64,000 bases of DNA from Lama guanicoe (taxonomy: Eukaryota), in the NCBI GenBank assembly GCA_013239625.1, contig MU053881.1, positions 3,989,957 through 4,053,956 of the forward strand, in the 5' to 3' direction. Position numbers and translations under genes: made by a program. Under the pieces are notes generated by a model, which was given only the letters and a program-made list of their open reading frames with translations, was not told the origin of the DNA and did no database searches. The number at the start of each line of letters is the position of its first letter. Within the stretch, counting starts at the first letter, position 1. Positions 36,161 to 49,140 of the stretch are shown here, piece by piece.

Positions 36161-39100
36161 AGTAAGTAACTAAAATAGCTGATGCCAGGCTCGCATCTAA
36201 GACAGCGTAGGGCACACTGGCGCAAGGCACTTGTCACCATTCACAAAGGCACAGCTGACACTGCAGACCTGGGCGTCCAGTTAAGAAGCGCTGGGCTCTT
36301 TGAGTCGGCTTCGTGATTATTTTTTAAAAAGAAAACAATCTAACTCTGCCGTAGTGCTTCCCAAAGCACCCCAATCAGCACACTAATCACTCTGAAGTGT
36401 CCTCTGACTCTGCCAATTTCATCAATTTGCATATTTTCCAATCAGTTCCTCATCCCCCTCCCCCCTTTCATTCGCTATTCTTGGAAGAGCTGCACTCCTT
36501 CCATATTGCTCAAACTGGCTTGATTTTTATTTCGCTTTGTAAAGACAGATTTGTGAGATGATGAATTAGTCATTGCCAATTTCATGCATTTACGCTCTGT
36601 GCATTTCCACCTTATATTTATTCAGCCCCATTCTCCCCTTCTGGCTCCAGATGGTGTGGCAACACAGCCTCGGGTATGGAAGGGAGAAAACGCATTCTCT
36701 TTCCCCTCCTCCTCCCATGGTTTCAGCTCCGGCTCAACCGTGCCAGGTTTGAATCGTGCAGTACCCTCTTGCAAACCTGCAGATTTCACGGCCGCTTAGG
36801 AACCTGGAAAGGTGAGTGAGACAAGAGGAAACCTCAGCTCCAAACTCTTTTTACTCAAGCCACTGTCCCTCAGATGAAACCCCAGTGAGGTGATATTTTG
36901 ATAGATCTGCAGATATGTATTTTTCCAAAGATTTCCTCATTCAGGCTGTGGGCCTCTAGGGCCTCAAGAGAAGGCTGACACAATGGAACCATGGAACAAA
37001 GGAGTCAAATCTTCAGATTTTTCAAAAGAAGTCCTGGTGATCGTTGAACACATGCTCAGGCCAAACCAGGACTTCATGCTTTCTTCTGGAGTCCGAAATG
37101 GGATTCTCGATAAGAATGTGAAACAAGGACTAGGGTGGGTAGAGGAAGGGTCAGAGACAAAGATGTGGGTGATGCTTGAGGAAGGCACCATGCACCTGCC
37201 CTTCCCTCATAGCTCAGCCCTGGGGCAGTGAATAGACCACAGGGTGTGGAAATCTCGGGTAAATTTGGGGTGATCTTGGAGTGGACAAGATCTGTTTCTT
37301 GCTTTCTAGATGAGGACAAGGGAGGTGGCAAGTATGTTTAGCTTTTCATCCCTCAGTCTCAGTAGAGTAAAAACGGTGACATGTCACATCTAGATAAAGA
37401 AATATGAGCGATGGAAACCAGCACTCAGCATCTCCTGTGGCCAAAACTGTCCCTATTCCCATGAGAGGAACAGAAGTAGACACTGGGACAGGACCTGGAG
37501 AGAATGAAGAGTCAGGAGTGAGTGAGGACACCAGACACGTGTGGGGAAGCACAACCTAGGATGGCATGGAGTGGTGGACACTCAGATCACACCGGCTTGA
37601 ACACAGGGTCACCCAGGAACAGAGGACCCATCCCCAGCATGCCATGGCCCTGCATAAGCCTCTGAGAATATAGATACAGTAGGGGAGAAGGGGGAGTGAG
37701 GAAGCCCCTGACTTGGTTGAAGAGACCCTAAGTTGATCAAGATCACCTGGAATCAGCTGAGATCACCCAGAATGGACTGGAGAATGGAGGCTGGAAATAG
37801 GCATTAAGGTGAGTTTCAGGCCAAATAGAAGAGGTTTGCATCTTACGCATCTGTGTTGGGGCCTGGGATGTATGAACACCGTACGCTTATTAAGCAAAAG
37901 TACATGAGGTGATGTCATGTTTCAGTGAATCCCAGGATCCTGCAGGAAAATGTAAAGATCGTTCAGGGCAACCACGTATTTTATGGATCTGAACATGCTA
38001 TGCACTGACTTGGCCAGAGTCCCAGCGTCCCTCAGCAGAGCTGCGTCTCTCAGGCCTGCAGGCTTCCCAACACCTACAGAAGCTTCTCATCATATCAGAA
38101 AAACCAATCGTATTTCTCGACACAGATGTTCACACAGATAGAAGAATGAATGGAAAAAGCTTTTGGGGGCAGAGTGTCTTAAACCTGTCTAGATGGTGAC
38201 GTCCCTACAGGTCTCGGGCTCTTCACAGAACACGGTCAAGGGGGGACATCTGGACAAGCAATGATATTATTGGCAGAAATATACCCAGTAACTTTATGTT
38301 GTGCATAAAGCTTAACTACAGTTAATTTGCAGGCTGTGCAAGATAATGAGCTATAAAAGGCAGGGTCAAAATTAGCCCAATTGGATTTTTTCAAAATTTT
38401 CTCATGCTCTGTTTTGCATCCCATATGTCACTTGTGCACAGTCTCGGGGAAAACTGGTAAGAGGGGTAAGAAGAAAATCTAAGACAGAAGTGTCAGCCTT
38501 TGTTTTCACTTGTTTGGCCGAACGGGGGTGGGGGGGGGAATGAGATTATTGGATTTTAGAAGCCATTTGATTGAATTTAGTAAGTCAAGCCAAAGAAGCT
38601 AAGCCAAGATCTTCCTCTGGCACAGGAGGAATCGAGGTGATGAAGTGCGGTCTCCGTCCCGAGGGGCTCGGGCAGTAACCGGAGGCAGCAGAGCACCACT
38701 CTCCTCCATCTGACACAGCCCGGCCTGGCTGGGGAGCTCTGAGACCACTGTCGGGGGAAGATGACATTAGAGAAGGAGAGAGAGTGGTCGCCGTGGGCAA
38801 TGAGGCTGGAGTCAGTCACAGACACGCACTGGACAAACGCAAGGACCACCCTCTACAGTGGGAGCTGTCCATCCCCAAGTCCTCGATGGGCCGGTTAAGT
38901 TGCCCTCCAATCCTGGCCCCCTAGAGCTCTCCAACTCGGGTCTGACACCTTTGGAGGCAGAAAACTCACAGATTTGCACTTTAAAACAGGTCAATGGCAG
39001 AGATCACACTAGATTTGAGGAGGATGCTGGAGTCATTGCCCTGGAGGAACTCACCATCTACTGGATGGACAGAGACGTGTAGGGTGTCAATAATAACACA

Positions 39101-40785
39101 CGGTGGCCTTTCCTGTAGCAGAGATTTGGATCCGTTTTGTCAGATGGGAGATAAAGCTTCTGAAAGGAGGTCTGCCTAAGCTGAGGTCTGAAGAGAGACT
39201 AGGAGTTGGCCAAGCAAAGAAATGTGTAGGAAGGGTGATTCCAGCCAAAGGACTAGCATTTGTTGCAAAGGCTCAGAGTCATGAGGCAATAAGGTGATCT
39301 AAGCTGGCAGTGAGTGGGCAGGGAAGCATAGAGACCCCGTGTAACCTCTCACCTGGCCGACCCAGCCCCAGGCAAGATAAAGATTGGCTTAAAGGAAGGA
39401 TGACCGTTTCTAGAAATTTCCCAGAGCCAAAGAGAGCCTGGGTGACTCAGCCCTTCTGCAGCTGAGCTCTGGGCTTTAATTCAACTAAATGCCCAGCGTT
39501 CCCTTGGTGTGCCTTCTGTACCAGGTTCAGGTGGCAAAGAGAACACACAGGGGACAAAGGTGTGGTCTTAGCCCTCGCGTTGCTCCCAGCCTAGAAGGAA
39601 GGACAAAGAAATAAACGAGTCAGTGCCAGGTGGAGCAAGAGGTGCCGATCTGGGGCAGGAGTCAGGCATCAGTCGGCCTTAGGATTCTGGAGAGCCCCCA
39701 AGGAGCAGACACGACCTACGGCTGTATTTTATTTGGACCCTGTTTTCATGTTTAAAAAATGTCATATCGCCAATATATTTTTTTAAAAGATGCTCTCGAA
39801 GAGAAATGCAGATTTCAGATCTCTTTTGAAAAATCAAAAAGTTCTAGCCACAGGGGCCCACATCCCAACATGGTCCACGCGTTGGCCCAGAGCTGTGCAG
39901 CGGGAGTCCCATTTGGATGGGGCGCATTCTCACCCGTTCACATCACCTGGCTGTCTTCATTCAATCCCGTTAGCAGGGTGGTCCCTGCAGTCAATCTGCA
40001 CGTGACACCCCTGATTCATACGAGCACCAGCCCAGTGCTTGACACATGATAAGCCCTCCACCCACAAGGACTCAGGGTAACAATAACAACGGCCTTTATT
40101 ATTATCCCCCAGTTTGCTTCTCTGAATTGTGTTAGCCTTTCCTTGGGATGTGAATCCTTTCTTATGCTCCTGAGGACATGATGATCTGTCGGGTTTTCAT
40201 TCCAGCATCACGGACACAGGTGAAACAGCCAAGAAGCTTCCTGCAGTGACAAGTGGCCACAAAGGGAGGGACTACGGCAATGACTTCACTGTGGGGCAGC
40301 CAGTGTTTGTCCCACCCAGACCCCCGGCCAGCGGGTCACAGCAGGGAGGCAACCACCGCAGACACAACAGGGTTGCGGCAAAGGCCACACCCCACTTTGC
40401 AGCAGATGGGACACGGCTCCAGCCTGGCTGGCATCTAATTCGTAGACAGTGAGTCCATTTCTAGGAGAACCGAATATGGTTCCTTCCTTGGGTCCCATCT
40501 ACCCAGACACCTGTTTTTCTCCATCATCTCCGGCTAATCAGTGCCCCTGGGGGGCAACTTGGAGTTAGGACTTTGCTACCAAACCGGGGACTCTTCTGGC
40601 TCCTTACCCCGACCCTCTCCCTGCACCTGGGTTTACGTCTCTAGCCACCAAGCCCTTCCAACTGCTGTTTTGTGAATGTCAGCGTTGGGTAGTGCAGTGT
40701 TCCCCTTAGCATTCTGTTGACGACTTGCAGGACTATTTTAGAGGGCGCCTGGATGAACATTTTCAGACTCGAACTTATTTTAACA

Positions 40786-41155
40786 TGTGTTAGAGACTGA
40801 ATTGTGCCTCCCACCTACCCACCGCCACCACCACAATTCATACGTCAAAGCCCCAACCTTCACGGCGACTGTATTTGTAGATGAAGCCTTTAAGGAGGTA
40901 ATTAAGGTTAAATGAAGTCATAATCATGGGGTTCTCATCCGATAGGACTGGTGTCCTCGTAAGAAGAGGAGATACAGAGGTGCACGTGGCCAGAAGGGGG
41001 CTGTCTACAAGCCAGGAAAAGAGGTCTCACCAGAAACCAACCCTGGTGGCACCTTGATCTTGGACTTCCTGCCTCTAGAACTCTGAGCAAATCAATCTCT
41101 GTTGTTTAAGCTTCCCCAGCCTACGGTATTTTTCACAGCAGCCCTAGGAGAGCGC
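40786..41155 (+). mobile_element. MLT1A-like MaLR LTR
   Basis: tgtgttagagactgaattgtgcctccc...gcctttaaggaggtaattaaggttaaatga...ggcaccttgatcttggacttcc. Confidence 0.85.
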
Positions 41156-41494
41156 AGTGTGTACCAGGAGAGGCTGGGTAATTGGCACGTCAACATGCAA
41201 GCTCACGGAGGCTGCTGCTCAGGGGGAGGCTTCAGGTTTTGAGCTGAAGAAAAATGTTAAACAAATAATAGAACGCGAAGGTATAAGGAATGGCAAAACA
41301 ATGGCAAGGCCTAACTAAATGAAGACTAGGTAACACTGGCTGAGTTGAAAGGTGGCTTTGGGATAAGGCAGCCCTCAGTATGAATTCCAGCTTTGCCCCT
41401 TTCTTGTGAGTCGGGGAAAGTCAACCTGAAGTCAGGTCCCCATTGGTCAAAAATAGGCAACAGACCTTTGTGTTTTAATTTCCTCTGTTTTTTG

Positions 41495-41803
41495 ACTTTT
41501 TATTTTTTTTAAATGGAGTATAATCAGTTACAATGTATCCATTTCTGGTGTACAGCATAATGTTCCAGTCATGCATGTATACATATATATATATTCATTT
41601 TCATTAAAGGTTATTACAAGATATTGAATATAGTCCCCTGTGCTACAAAAGAAATTTGTTTTGTTATCTGTTTTTATGTATAGTGGTTAACATGCCCAAA
41701 TCTCAAACTCTCAAATTTATCCCTTCCCACTCCCTTCCCCAGTTGATGATTGTTTACTATGTTCGCGAGTCTGTTTCTGTTTTGTAGGTGAGTTCGTTAG
41801 TGT

Positions 41804-41872
<69 letters not shown>

Positions 41873-42126
41873 TCTCTTTCTCTCTTTCTTTCTTTCTTTC
41901 ATAGATTCCACATATGAGTGATACCATATGGTATTTTTCTTTCTCTTTCTGGCTTATTTCACTTAGAATGACAATATCCAGGTCTGTCCATGTTGCTGCA
42001 AATGGCATTATTTTGTTCTTTTTTATGGCTGAGTAGTATTCCATTGTATAAATATACCACAGCTTCTTTATCCAGTCATCTGTCGATGAACATTTTGGTT
42101 GTTTTCATGTCTTGGCTACTGTATAT
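41495..42126 (-). mobile_element. 5'-truncated LINE-1 containing the ORF2p C-terminus and 3' UTR
   Basis: Minus strand encodes YTVAKT*KQPKCSSTDDWIKKLWYIYTMEYYSAIKKNKIMPFAATWTDLDIVILSEISQ, the L1 ORF2p C-terminus with an in-frame stop. Confidence 0.95.
41804..41900. repeat. (TTTC)n microsatellite inside the L1
   Basis: Direct reading, ~95 bp pure pyrimidine. Confidence 0.97.
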
Positions 42127-42249
42127 GTTGATGCTATTGTGTTTGCCAGCTCCCTGGGCTGTTAGCATCTCAAGGACTGTATTCTGGTTTGTGCCACACC
42201 CATTTCTCCCCAGGACCTGCCACTAACTGGATAGCAAGTGGGGAGAAGG

Positions 42250-42435
42250 GAGCTGGGCCCAGCCACTTACCAGCTGTGTGCCCTTGGGAAAATAACTCCA
42301 TCTCTCTGAGACTCGGTTTCCTCATCTTTAAAATGCAGGTGGTAACATCTACTTTAGGGTCTCGTTTTAAAAATTAAATGAAGCAGTCTGTGTAAAGTAC
42401 TTAGCACACTGCTAAGAGCTAAACAAATATTTATC
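42250..42435 (+). mobile_element. MIR SINE
   Basis: gccacttaccagctgtgtgcccttggg...ctcggtttcctcatctttaaaatg...tgtaaagtacttagcaca. Confidence 0.85.
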
Positions 42436-42464
42436 AGGGTTCTTAATCTGAGTAAATGCTAGTT

Positions 42465-42700
42465 GAATAAAAGGGTGGATGAATGTTTAGTCAAGTGAAT
42501 AGATGAGTAGCTGGTAAATGAGTAAGTGGGTGGATGGCAGGTGAATAGATGATTGGATGGATGAATGAATTTTTCAATCAGTGAGTGCATTATACATTTA
42601 TAGGTGAATAAAATGACTGATGGATGAGAGATGGATGGATACACTTTTTGAATGAGGGGTGATTAAGCAGGATGGGTGGGTGGGCGGATAGATGGATGGA
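42465..42700. repeat. Degenerate (GGAT/GAAT)n tract
   Basis: Direct reading. Confidence 0.8.
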
Positions 42701-43464
42701 CTGTGGCTGATTTGTTTGAACTGTCATTTGCTTCTTTGCATAGTAGATGGCTCCAGCCTCCAAGGTAATGGCTAGAGCATTAAGGCTACAAAAAATGGCC
42801 TTGAGAATAAGAGTTTTAGGTAACTATTAAATAGCAGTTTGTGACAGTTCTCTTTTTTCAGGGGGAAGTCAGAATATGGATTCATTGACAGCCTTCCTCT
42901 TAAAGATACAGTGGTGAGAAGGCTGTCTTGTGTCAGGGGCTTTGACAGTTCCAGGTTTCCCAGCCATTTCACTTCCCCCTCTCAGAAGCCCTTGTGATTC
43001 TAATCTGATAAGCAAAACTTCCTAGAGCAGCCATCAGAGCCGGCCCCCAGGTCCAGCATTATCTGCAGACCAGCCGTGGACCATTCTATCATACCTTTTT
43101 AACTACCGAGTGCCACCTTGGCGATAATGAGCCTTTCTGTGGAGTCTGGGCAGGTTTCAAGTCAGACCGGCAAGCAGCCAAGAGAACCCTTGCCTCAGGA
43201 ATTTCATCAGAGGCTCTGGTTTCTTTCAAATTATCTGGTGATTGTCTTGGCATCTCCAGAAGGTTCTCCAGCAGCCAGATGTTTGTAGATTCATCTAAAT
43301 AGTCTCACTGGAGTGTCAGAGCATCCAAGGGAGACACTGCTGCAGGTTCTCTCTTTCTCAGAGCCCAGAGAGTCAGAAAGGAATGTGGTCCACTGCACAC
43401 ACCTGTTCTCTCTGCCCTCGTCCTTTTGTTGTTTTGTTTTGTTTCGTTTTCATTTTCCCCGCAG

Positions 43465-43943
43465 CGATCAAAAAGTTAATCAGTTGATCAAAGAAAGTAA
43501 TGGAATATTTTATTCAAGCCAAATTGAGGATTATACCCTGGGAGCAGCCCCTCAGATAGCTCTGAGAACTGTTCCGCCCATTAGAAGTCAAAGCACAGTC
43601 GTGGAAGTTTTTGAAACAAAGGACTGTGCCTTAAATGATGAATTATGGACAATTTATCCAATCCAGATGTACACATACGAGGCGAGCAGAGGGTAATGAA
43701 GCATCCTGGCCCCTTACAAGACCAAGAAGGGGGGTTATCTCCTAAGGAGTTGTCTGACTGATGCTAGAAGTTTGTTGCTCTTCAAGGTGAGGCAGATATT
43801 TCTGCCGATGGGGAGCTTTGGTCACTGCGTAATGTAGATCCACAAACCACAGCAGAGGGGAGAGAGGAGGCCAAAAGGCAGAGAAAAATGCTCATGTTTA
43901 AATTTCCCTCAACTTGCCTTAGAATCCCAATTTTTTTTCATCA
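43465..43943 (-). mobile_element. ERV1-type solo LTR
   Basis: attttattcaagccaaattgaggatta (antisense AATAAA), ctcagatagctctgagaactgttcc, terminal ttttttcatca (TG start on the minus strand). Confidence 0.7.
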
Positions 43944-44049
43944 CCTCCATTCCAGTGATTATTTGTGAATTTTGAGTAAATAACCAACAAGTGTCCATTA
44001 CAATATGCAACAATTTTAGGCCAGTTAAAGTATGATGCATCCCCCAAAT

Positions 44050-44400
44050 GGAATGTCTTGCGGTCATGGTAAATCATTGTTATCTAGATCTATTTCTGTG
44101 AGGGAAATGATCATTTTAAGTAAAAAATAAAAAGAGACACAATGGCTTACATAGAAGCAACTGGTTTTTTTAATTTTTTTCCTTAATGGATGGATGGATG
44201 GATGGATGGGTGGATGGAGGGATGGATGGATGGATAGCCAAAATACCTGGAAGGATTGTACCAAAATATTAACCACTGGTGTTTCTGAGTGGTAGGAATG
44301 CTTGTGTTTTAATCTTTTCATCTTTCTCCATTTTTAATTTATTTTTCCTGAATGAATATTTGTACCTGGATATGGATAATACTAAAAGAAAGAAAAAAAC
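44050..44400 (+). mobile_element. Old L1ME-type 3' relic containing (GGAT)n at 44187-44235
   Basis: cattttaagtaaaaaataaaa...ctggaaggattgtaccaaaatattaac...ctgagtggtaggaat. Confidence 0.6.
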
Positions 44401-46469
44401 TTCCAAAGAAAAATATCCTCTTTCAGAGTTTGAGCCTGTGGTTTATTTTTCATTTTAACCAGAAGCCTCATTTTAACATAGCAAATAATACCAAAATTCC
44501 CTTTCTCCCCCGAAAAGCAGAGACACACTCTAAAGCAGCACTTCGCTAAGAGGAGACAGATGCAGGAATAATGTGAGGGTTTGAGCAGAATGAGGTCAGC
44601 CATCTCCCTTTCCACAAAGTCATTTGTTTTAGACAAATGAAGGTGAAATGGCTCAGGGGACTCTCTGATCAATGGAAGCACAAGGTCTCCGTAAACCAGT
44701 TCTTCTTGGAAGAGAAAAACAAGCAAGTTGGTCAGCTAGAAGCCCTCCCACTCGGAACTCGCCTTGCAAGCAGGGACACTCGCCCTCATTGGTCATCAGA
44801 CAAGCCAAGGTGTACCACTGGCAAGAGCACTGATTCAGTCTTTCCACCCTGGATCCCAATTACAATGGTGATGTTAGTCGCAGGCAAGGAGGTCCTGATA
44901 AACCCCTCCCATGCTTTATTTCATTTAATATACCCAGCAACTTTGAAGGTACATTTTATTATTTCTCCTACTTGCCACCTAATAAAACTCAGGTCAGAAA
45001 GATGAAGTGATTTAACTAAGGTTCGTCAGGTGGAAGCAGAGTCCAGGTTTGCACTCAGCTGTCCGAGTTTAGCACTGCTTTTCCTACTCTGTCCCACCAC
45101 CTCCTCGATTCTTGAACTAAACAGTAAACAGAACGTGGAGCGCTTTCTCTTCAAATATAATTTGGAATAGTCTGTATTTTTGATGAGAGGTTCAGATACA
45201 GGTTGATGGTAACTGACTGAATTATCCAGGGGTGCCCAGAGGGGACCTGGACCACCTCTCCACCTCCCGCAGGGCTGCAGGTGTGGTTATTCCGTGAGAA
45301 CCAGCAGAGAACCAAAGTTCCACTACATCATGGCTTGCCTCCCTGGTAAAGCTGGCAGGGACCCATGGCTTCAGCCACAAGGCCTAATAAGGGACTTGTA
45401 TTTCTCCCTAAGCCCTAAATAAATTTTACAATATTGTTGTTATCATGTGAACCACTTGGTACAAGACCACGGCGATGGCCATCGTGCTCAGGTGCAGGTA
45501 TAGAGAGTGAGCGAGCGGGGCAACTGACCACGCGAAGTGGGGAAACAGCAAGAGGCTGGACCAGCAGAGCTGGGAAGCGTGAGTGAGGGAGAGTTTGCAC
45601 GGCCTCTCCTGCCCTCCGGTTGGGGCACTCCAGCTCTGGGTAATCCCACTAGCTATCCTTCTTGGATGGGAGCAAAGAGGGAGGTGGGAAAAAGGATCGG
45701 GGGCTCCTACTTGTCCTGGAACATTTGCATTCAGCATCACACGGAGGGCATGAACTATTGGGGAACAGCATGGCTATTTGGGCATCTCAGCATGTATTAA
45801 AGAATCACGCTTGGCTTTGGATCCATTTTTTAAAAGGCATTCTGAAGAGAAGCCATTCCTAAGTGTAATCAGATGGGCTGCTTTGTGGAAATTCTCTCCT
45901 GTTCTTCCTCTAAGTGTGAGAGCAAATGGGGGAGGAAGAGGGGTCAAGTGAACATGACCTTTGAGAGGTTTTGAAACCAGGAATCAACAGGTGCCTGGAA
46001 CATGCCGAGCAACGGTAAGAGATGAAAACATGAGTTCCATTTCCCTTCGAAGCATTTTGAATTAATTCTGAATTTCACTCTCAGCCTTGTCAATTATGAA
46101 GAGACACCGGCACCAGCCTGAGAGCAGGCGGGTGGCAAGCCCTGAAGCGGACTTCAGAAGAGGCATGAACAGCGTCCCAGGCTCAGCCAGTGATGGGGCA
46201 GCCCCTTTGGGGAGAGACGTTTCAGCATCACTTTATATAAATGCCTCTGTTTACGCTGAAATCACCAATGGAGGAGTTAGGTCATCTGCTGATGGCACTT
46301 CTAAAGTAAGACTGACCATCTGGTCTTCCTGATAGAGTGGGTTCCAGTTTATAACATGAAAAGGAAGTAAGTGGCTAAGGACGGCAACAAGAAAAATAGA
46401 ATTATAGATCGTAATGCATTCTTACTATGCACTAAGCACTGTGACAACATGCACATAGAAATATATGCA

Positions 46470-47060
46470 TTTCTTAATTGCAGTAAAATCCACATAACAT
46501 AAAATTTACCCTCTTCCCATGTTTTATGTGTGCAGCTCAGTAGGGTTAAATGCATTTGCATTCACATCGGTGTGCAACCAATCTCTAGAACTCTTTTCAT
46601 CTTGCGAAACTGAAATGTGAACCCATTAAGCAGCAACTCCCATTCTCCGTCCCCCAGCTCCTGGCAACCACCATTCTGCTTTCTGTCTCTAGGAATTTGA
46701 CCACTCTAGGTACCTCATATAAGTGAAATCATAAATGCTTGTCCTCTTGAGACTGGCTTATTTCCTTTAGCGTCATATTCCCAAGATTCCTCCGTGCTGT
46801 AGCGCGTGTCAGACTTTCTTTCCCCTTCAAGGCTGACGAATACTCAGCTGGAGGTAAATACACATTTTTGTTTATCTATCATCTACCAATGGATGCTTGG
46901 GTGGCTTCTGCCTATGGGCTATTGTGAGCAACGCTACTATGACCATGGGTGGATAAGCATCTCTTCCAGACTCTGCTTTCAATTTGGGGGGTGGTATATG
47001 CCCAGAAGTGGAAATGCTGGATCTCATGATAATCCTATGTTTAAGTTTTTGACAACCGCT
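46470..47060 (-). mobile_element. L1MB-like LINE-1 3' fragment
   Basis: cacataacataaaatttacc...ctggcaaccaccattctgctttctgtctct...ctaggtacctcatataagtg...cccagaagtggaaatgctggatc. Confidence 0.85.
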
Positions 47061-47229
47061 ATGCTGTATGACATGGGCACATTTTCTCATTTACTCTCAT
47101 GACACTGTGAGACAGAGATAACGGTAAGGAAATAGACTCAGGGAGGTGAAGTGCTGTTTTACAGATGAGGAAACTGAGACTGAGAAAGGTAATCAACTTT
47201 AAGAATTACGGAGCAGTGCTTAATACTCT

Positions 47230-49140
47230 TACTATTATACCAATATAAGTTTCTCTGTTGTGCTATGTGCTGTCCAGTATTTAATAACATTTTTTTTAGT
47301 TTTTGCAAATGTTTGGGTATTGAATGGTATCTCATTATGGTTTTATTTTGCATTTCACTGACTGGTTAAAGGATTATTCACCTTTTCACGTGCTTTTTGA
47401 CCACTTTTGTGTCTTTCTCATTTCTAAATTGCACGTTCAGATTTTTTTGTTTCTTGTTCTACTAAACTGCTTGCAGGTGGTGGTAGTGGTTTTTCTGCTT
47501 TGTGCCTACAAGTGCTTTATAAACGCTGCACACTAAATTGTTTAAGGCTTCAAATAAATTTGCCCTGTTTGTGATTTGTCTCCACTCATTATGGCTTCTT
47601 CATTTAATCAAGTTAAATTTATAGCATTCTGGCTTCCCCACCACCCCGCCAAAAAAAAGAACAATATCCCTTCTTTTAGTGACAAATTTATTCTAGAAGT
47701 TTTAAACTTTTCCTTTCACATTTAAATCTTTAATCCATCCCAAACTGATTTTTTCATGAGGAAGGTACCTGATTTTATTCTTCTTGTACAGATAACAAAT
47801 TGTCCCATTGCTAGTTACTGAATTCTTCTCCGATGGCGTCTCTGTCAGGTGTCAGGTGTCAGGTGTCAGGTTGTCATGTGTGTAGGTTGCCTGTGGGTAT
47901 CCGGGTCCCTCTGCTCATTTCCGCTGGTCTATTTTCTATCCGTTCCTCACAGCAGACTGTCTTGCCATCTGATTGGCGGTCCCTCCATCTCGGTCTTCTC
48001 CTTCAGAATTTATGTAGCTCATTGGGCCCTTTGCGGTTTCATTTTAGAACCATCCTGTCAACAACCACGAAAAATTTTGTTGGTACTTTGGTTTTTTGTT
48101 TGTTTGTTTGTCTTGTTTTGTTTTTTAACATTTTTTATTGATTTATAATCCTTTTACAATGTTGTGTCAAATTCCAGTGTAGAGCACAATTTTTCAATTA
48201 TACATGAACATATATATATTCATTGTCACATGTTGGCACTTTGATAGGTAAAGCATCTACATTTAGTTTAGGAATTTTGTAATTATATTCTTGAAAAAGA
48301 TTGATCTGCATTTGCTTTTTAATACTGTCCTTGTCTGGTTAGATGCCAAGTTAGTAATGACTTTAGAAAGTGAATTGGGGTATGTTCCCTCTTCTTTTCT
48401 CTGAATTTGTGCGAAGTATGAAATGATCTGTTTCTTCAGTATTAAGGAGAATTTTGTGTTTTATTTATGACAGAACATTTTAATTAATCGATTAATTTTT
48501 TTAAATTTAATTTTACCCTCAAAATAGATAATGGGACATTCAGATTTTCTAATTTCCTTGACTCTTAATAATTTATATTTTTCTAGTATTTGTCCATTAT
48601 GCTTGCTTTTAAATTTACTAAAATAAAATTATTCATAGAATCTCTTTTATTTTTAAAATCTCTACTGAATCTGCAACTATGTCTATTTTCCTATTTAAAA
48701 AATTTTTTTAAAATGTGAGTCTTCTGTCTTATTTGAGACAAGTCAATATTGCTAGAAGTCTGTTAATTTTTTAGAGCTTCAACAAACCAGCTTTAGTTTT
48801 TATTATATCTATCTTATTATATCTATCTTTATTTCCTCTCTTATTTTATTTTAGCTTTTATTTTTAATTCTATTTTTTTTCTAATTGCTTTGCATTTATT
48901 TGGATGCTTAAATTGGATGCTGAGCTCATTTTTTCCCATCTCATTTTCCTTTTTTTTCTAATACAATCATTTAAGGCTATAAAATTCGTTCTAAAAAGCA
49001 ATTTAATTGCATCCCACATCTTGTAACAGCATTTTTATTATCACTCGGTGCTAAGTATTTTAAAAATTTTCTTCATGAATTTGTCTTTTAAGTCATGAGT
49101 TATTAAGAAGTTTGGTTTTCAGTTCTAAATGTTCATGGCT
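47230..49140 (-). mobile_element. Highly diverged L1M fragments
   Basis: AT-rich; tggtatctcattatggttttattttgcatttc, tttcacatttaaatctttaatccatc, tttaaggctataaaattc...gcatcccaca. Confidence 0.7.
48091..48230 (-). mobile_element. Young, heavily 5'-truncated LINE-1 nested in the old L1M
   Basis: T-rich tail then acattttttattgatttataatc...tacaatgttgtgtcaaattccagtgtagagcac; 13-bp TSD tgttggtactttg (48078-48090) / tgttggcactttg (48231-48243). Confidence 0.85.

Noticed and set aside
48800..48828. 14-bp tandem duplication ttattatatctatc x2
   Set aside because: Ordinary slippage event in AT-rich L1 relic.
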